Origin: Camelus ferus
Taxonomy: Eukaryota
DNA length: 64,000 nucleotides
NCBI RefSeq assembly: GCF_009834535.1
Contig: NC_045698.1
Location: 3,474,001-3,538,000, forward strand
Direction of reading: 5' to 3'
Both the position numbers and the translations under genes were made by a program. Position 1 is the stretch's first letter, and every line of letters starts with the position of its first letter. Positions 62,486 through 64,000 of the stretch are shown here, piece after piece. The notes under the pieces are model-generated. The model searched no databases. It saw only the letters and a program-made list of their open reading frames with translations, and was not told where the DNA came from.

Positions 62486-64000
62486 TGGACTTTACTGTCC
62501 TGACTCTTTAAAGAAACACCTGGTCAATAGTGTGGGATCCAGACAGACCGAATATTGCCATGCGAGGGCAATGTCACTGGTTGTTCTCGCATTGTTAGTC
62601 TGATTCTGCTGGCCCTGTGGCCACTGGCCTCTTACCTACAGTTGACCAGTTGTGAGCTCGGAAAAAAGAGAGTGAGACCATGTGTGCAGAACACCATTAA
62701 ATCTTCAAAGCAGTGATAAGACACTCAACGTAGATGCTTTGTTGATAAAGAATCAATTCTTTTTTAATTACAAATCACCGAAGTTGATGGTGATATGGCT
62801 ATAAGCATGTCACCCACTGAACACTTAAAATGGCCAAAGAACGAAAGAAAAAAGTTTGGATCTTTTGGAAAATCAGACAGTATGCTATATTTGGAAAGTC
62901 TGTATCTATAAATTATAAATGCAGATGTTCATTTGTACCACATGTAAGATTTTACTATCCAGCTAGAGGGAAATATGGATTATTCTTATGATTATAATAG
63001 CTTGAACCCAGTACCTCGAATAGGATAATTTGAGGATAAATTCGAAGAACATTTAATCACCTCCTTGTTTGAGGTTGAGAATATTGTCCAAGAACCACTT
63101 GAGAAATACGTAAGTTGGGCCAGCTTATCTGACATTTACTTTCACCATCACAGTATATAGAATGTTTTCATGGTGAGAGATTTATCAAATTAGTAAAGTC
63201 TGGAAGGAAAATTTATGCAGTTTTATGCAAACCCTTTCTTGTTGTGTTGTTACTCCTGAACTCAGTAAAAATTATGCCAGTGAGAAATGAGTAGGCGGGA
63301 GAAAAAAGTAGGAAAAAACTTTGAAATTGGGGTCAAAAATACGTGTGATAGCCTTGACTTTGCTTGTCTTCAGTAAAGAAATGCACTGATCACAGAAGCA
63401 CGTGTTAAATTTGGTTCTGAGCATTTTTCAGTTGGGTCTCTTATCCTGCAATCAAGAAAATATCTGTACATGAGTCTTGGGCCAGTGAAGACTCCTTAGG
63501 CAGGTAAATTTTTATTATCAACTGTTCCCTTCTTTACCAAGAAGAGAACAAAGGGGAAAACAAAGTTTCTACAAAAGTTCAGAATAGTCATGTAAATGAC
63601 ACATCCTTGAAATGGATTCCCCAGAGGAAGGGAACTTGATCTCCAGCCTCAACTATGTAACGAGGCCTGAATTCTCTGCGTATCAGTACTTTTTGACAAT
63701 CCATTGTATGTATAAAAAAACAGTGCTCTCTGGAGATTTCATCCAAAAGTTACTCCCTTTATCAGTTTAAAAATAGTGTGCAGTTTAGGAAATGTGTTTA
63801 GGAATTTCGTGATTATTTTAATGGTTTTATTACAGCTTATTTGTAACAATTTTGTATATTGCTACAAAATGATAGCGACTTTCTGCATTTCTACGAGAAA
63901 GCAGTTAATGGTACTAGTGATCTGTCAGGACAGTACATTGCAGTTCAAGTCGACAGGTGCTTACTGGATGCCTGCTGTGTGCAACCACTGTATGCAGGAC

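Larger units (their letters stand above)
1..64000 (+). other. ADAMTS16: ADAMTS16 gene body (partial; window starts inside the large intron before the SGMIRT exon and ends inside the intron after the PSNGGKFC exon)
   Basis: Ten exons with AG acceptors and GT (one GC) donors join phase-compatibly into 1543 nt of open frame. The peptides match ADAMTS16 as I recall it (e.g. LNVETLVVVD, HESGHNFGMVHD, DICKALWCHRIGRKCETKFMPAAEGT). Confidence 0.96.

Noticed and set aside
1..64000. CRISPR array, operon or other prokaryote-type novel system
   Set aside because: The sequence is clearly mammalian exon-intron DNA. No regularly spaced repeat-spacer array or gene cluster was seen.

Overview
Mammalian genomic DNA lying entirely inside one + strand gene, ADAMTS16 (secreted zinc metalloprotease with thrombospondin repeats). 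Ten consecutive coding exons (by recalled human numbering, exons 4-13; 1543 nt) splice into one uninterrupted frame. That frame covers the prodomain C-half, the furin site RHRR, the catalytic domain (HESGHNFGMVHD), the disintegrin-like domain, TSR1 and the start of the Cys-rich domain. Positions 1-15591 are the 3' part of a large upstream intron, and the gene continues beyond both window ends. The introns are filled with L1, L2, MIR, hAT DNA-transposon and ERV-LTR remnants. A short tRNA-Ala-derived SINE (vic-1-like), with no ruminant, pig or primate SINEs recognised, suggests a camelid. I found no evidence for a wholly new multi-gene system, and nearly all ORFs in the supplied track are chance or repeat-derived. 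The notable observations are: (1) a GC-AG intron; (2) two same-family solo LTRs in inverted orientation just upstream of an exon, sharing a 43-bp perfect duplex core; (3) three independent 5'-inverted (twin-primed) L1 insertions with TSDs, one only ~105 bp long; (4) patches of strong AT-to-GC drift in repeats and in a coding exon, consistent with GC-biased gene conversion; (5) an intragenic CpG island; (6) candidate truncated isoforms by intronic read-through. Repeat subfamily names and human comparisons are from memory and need RepeatMasker or alignment confirmation.
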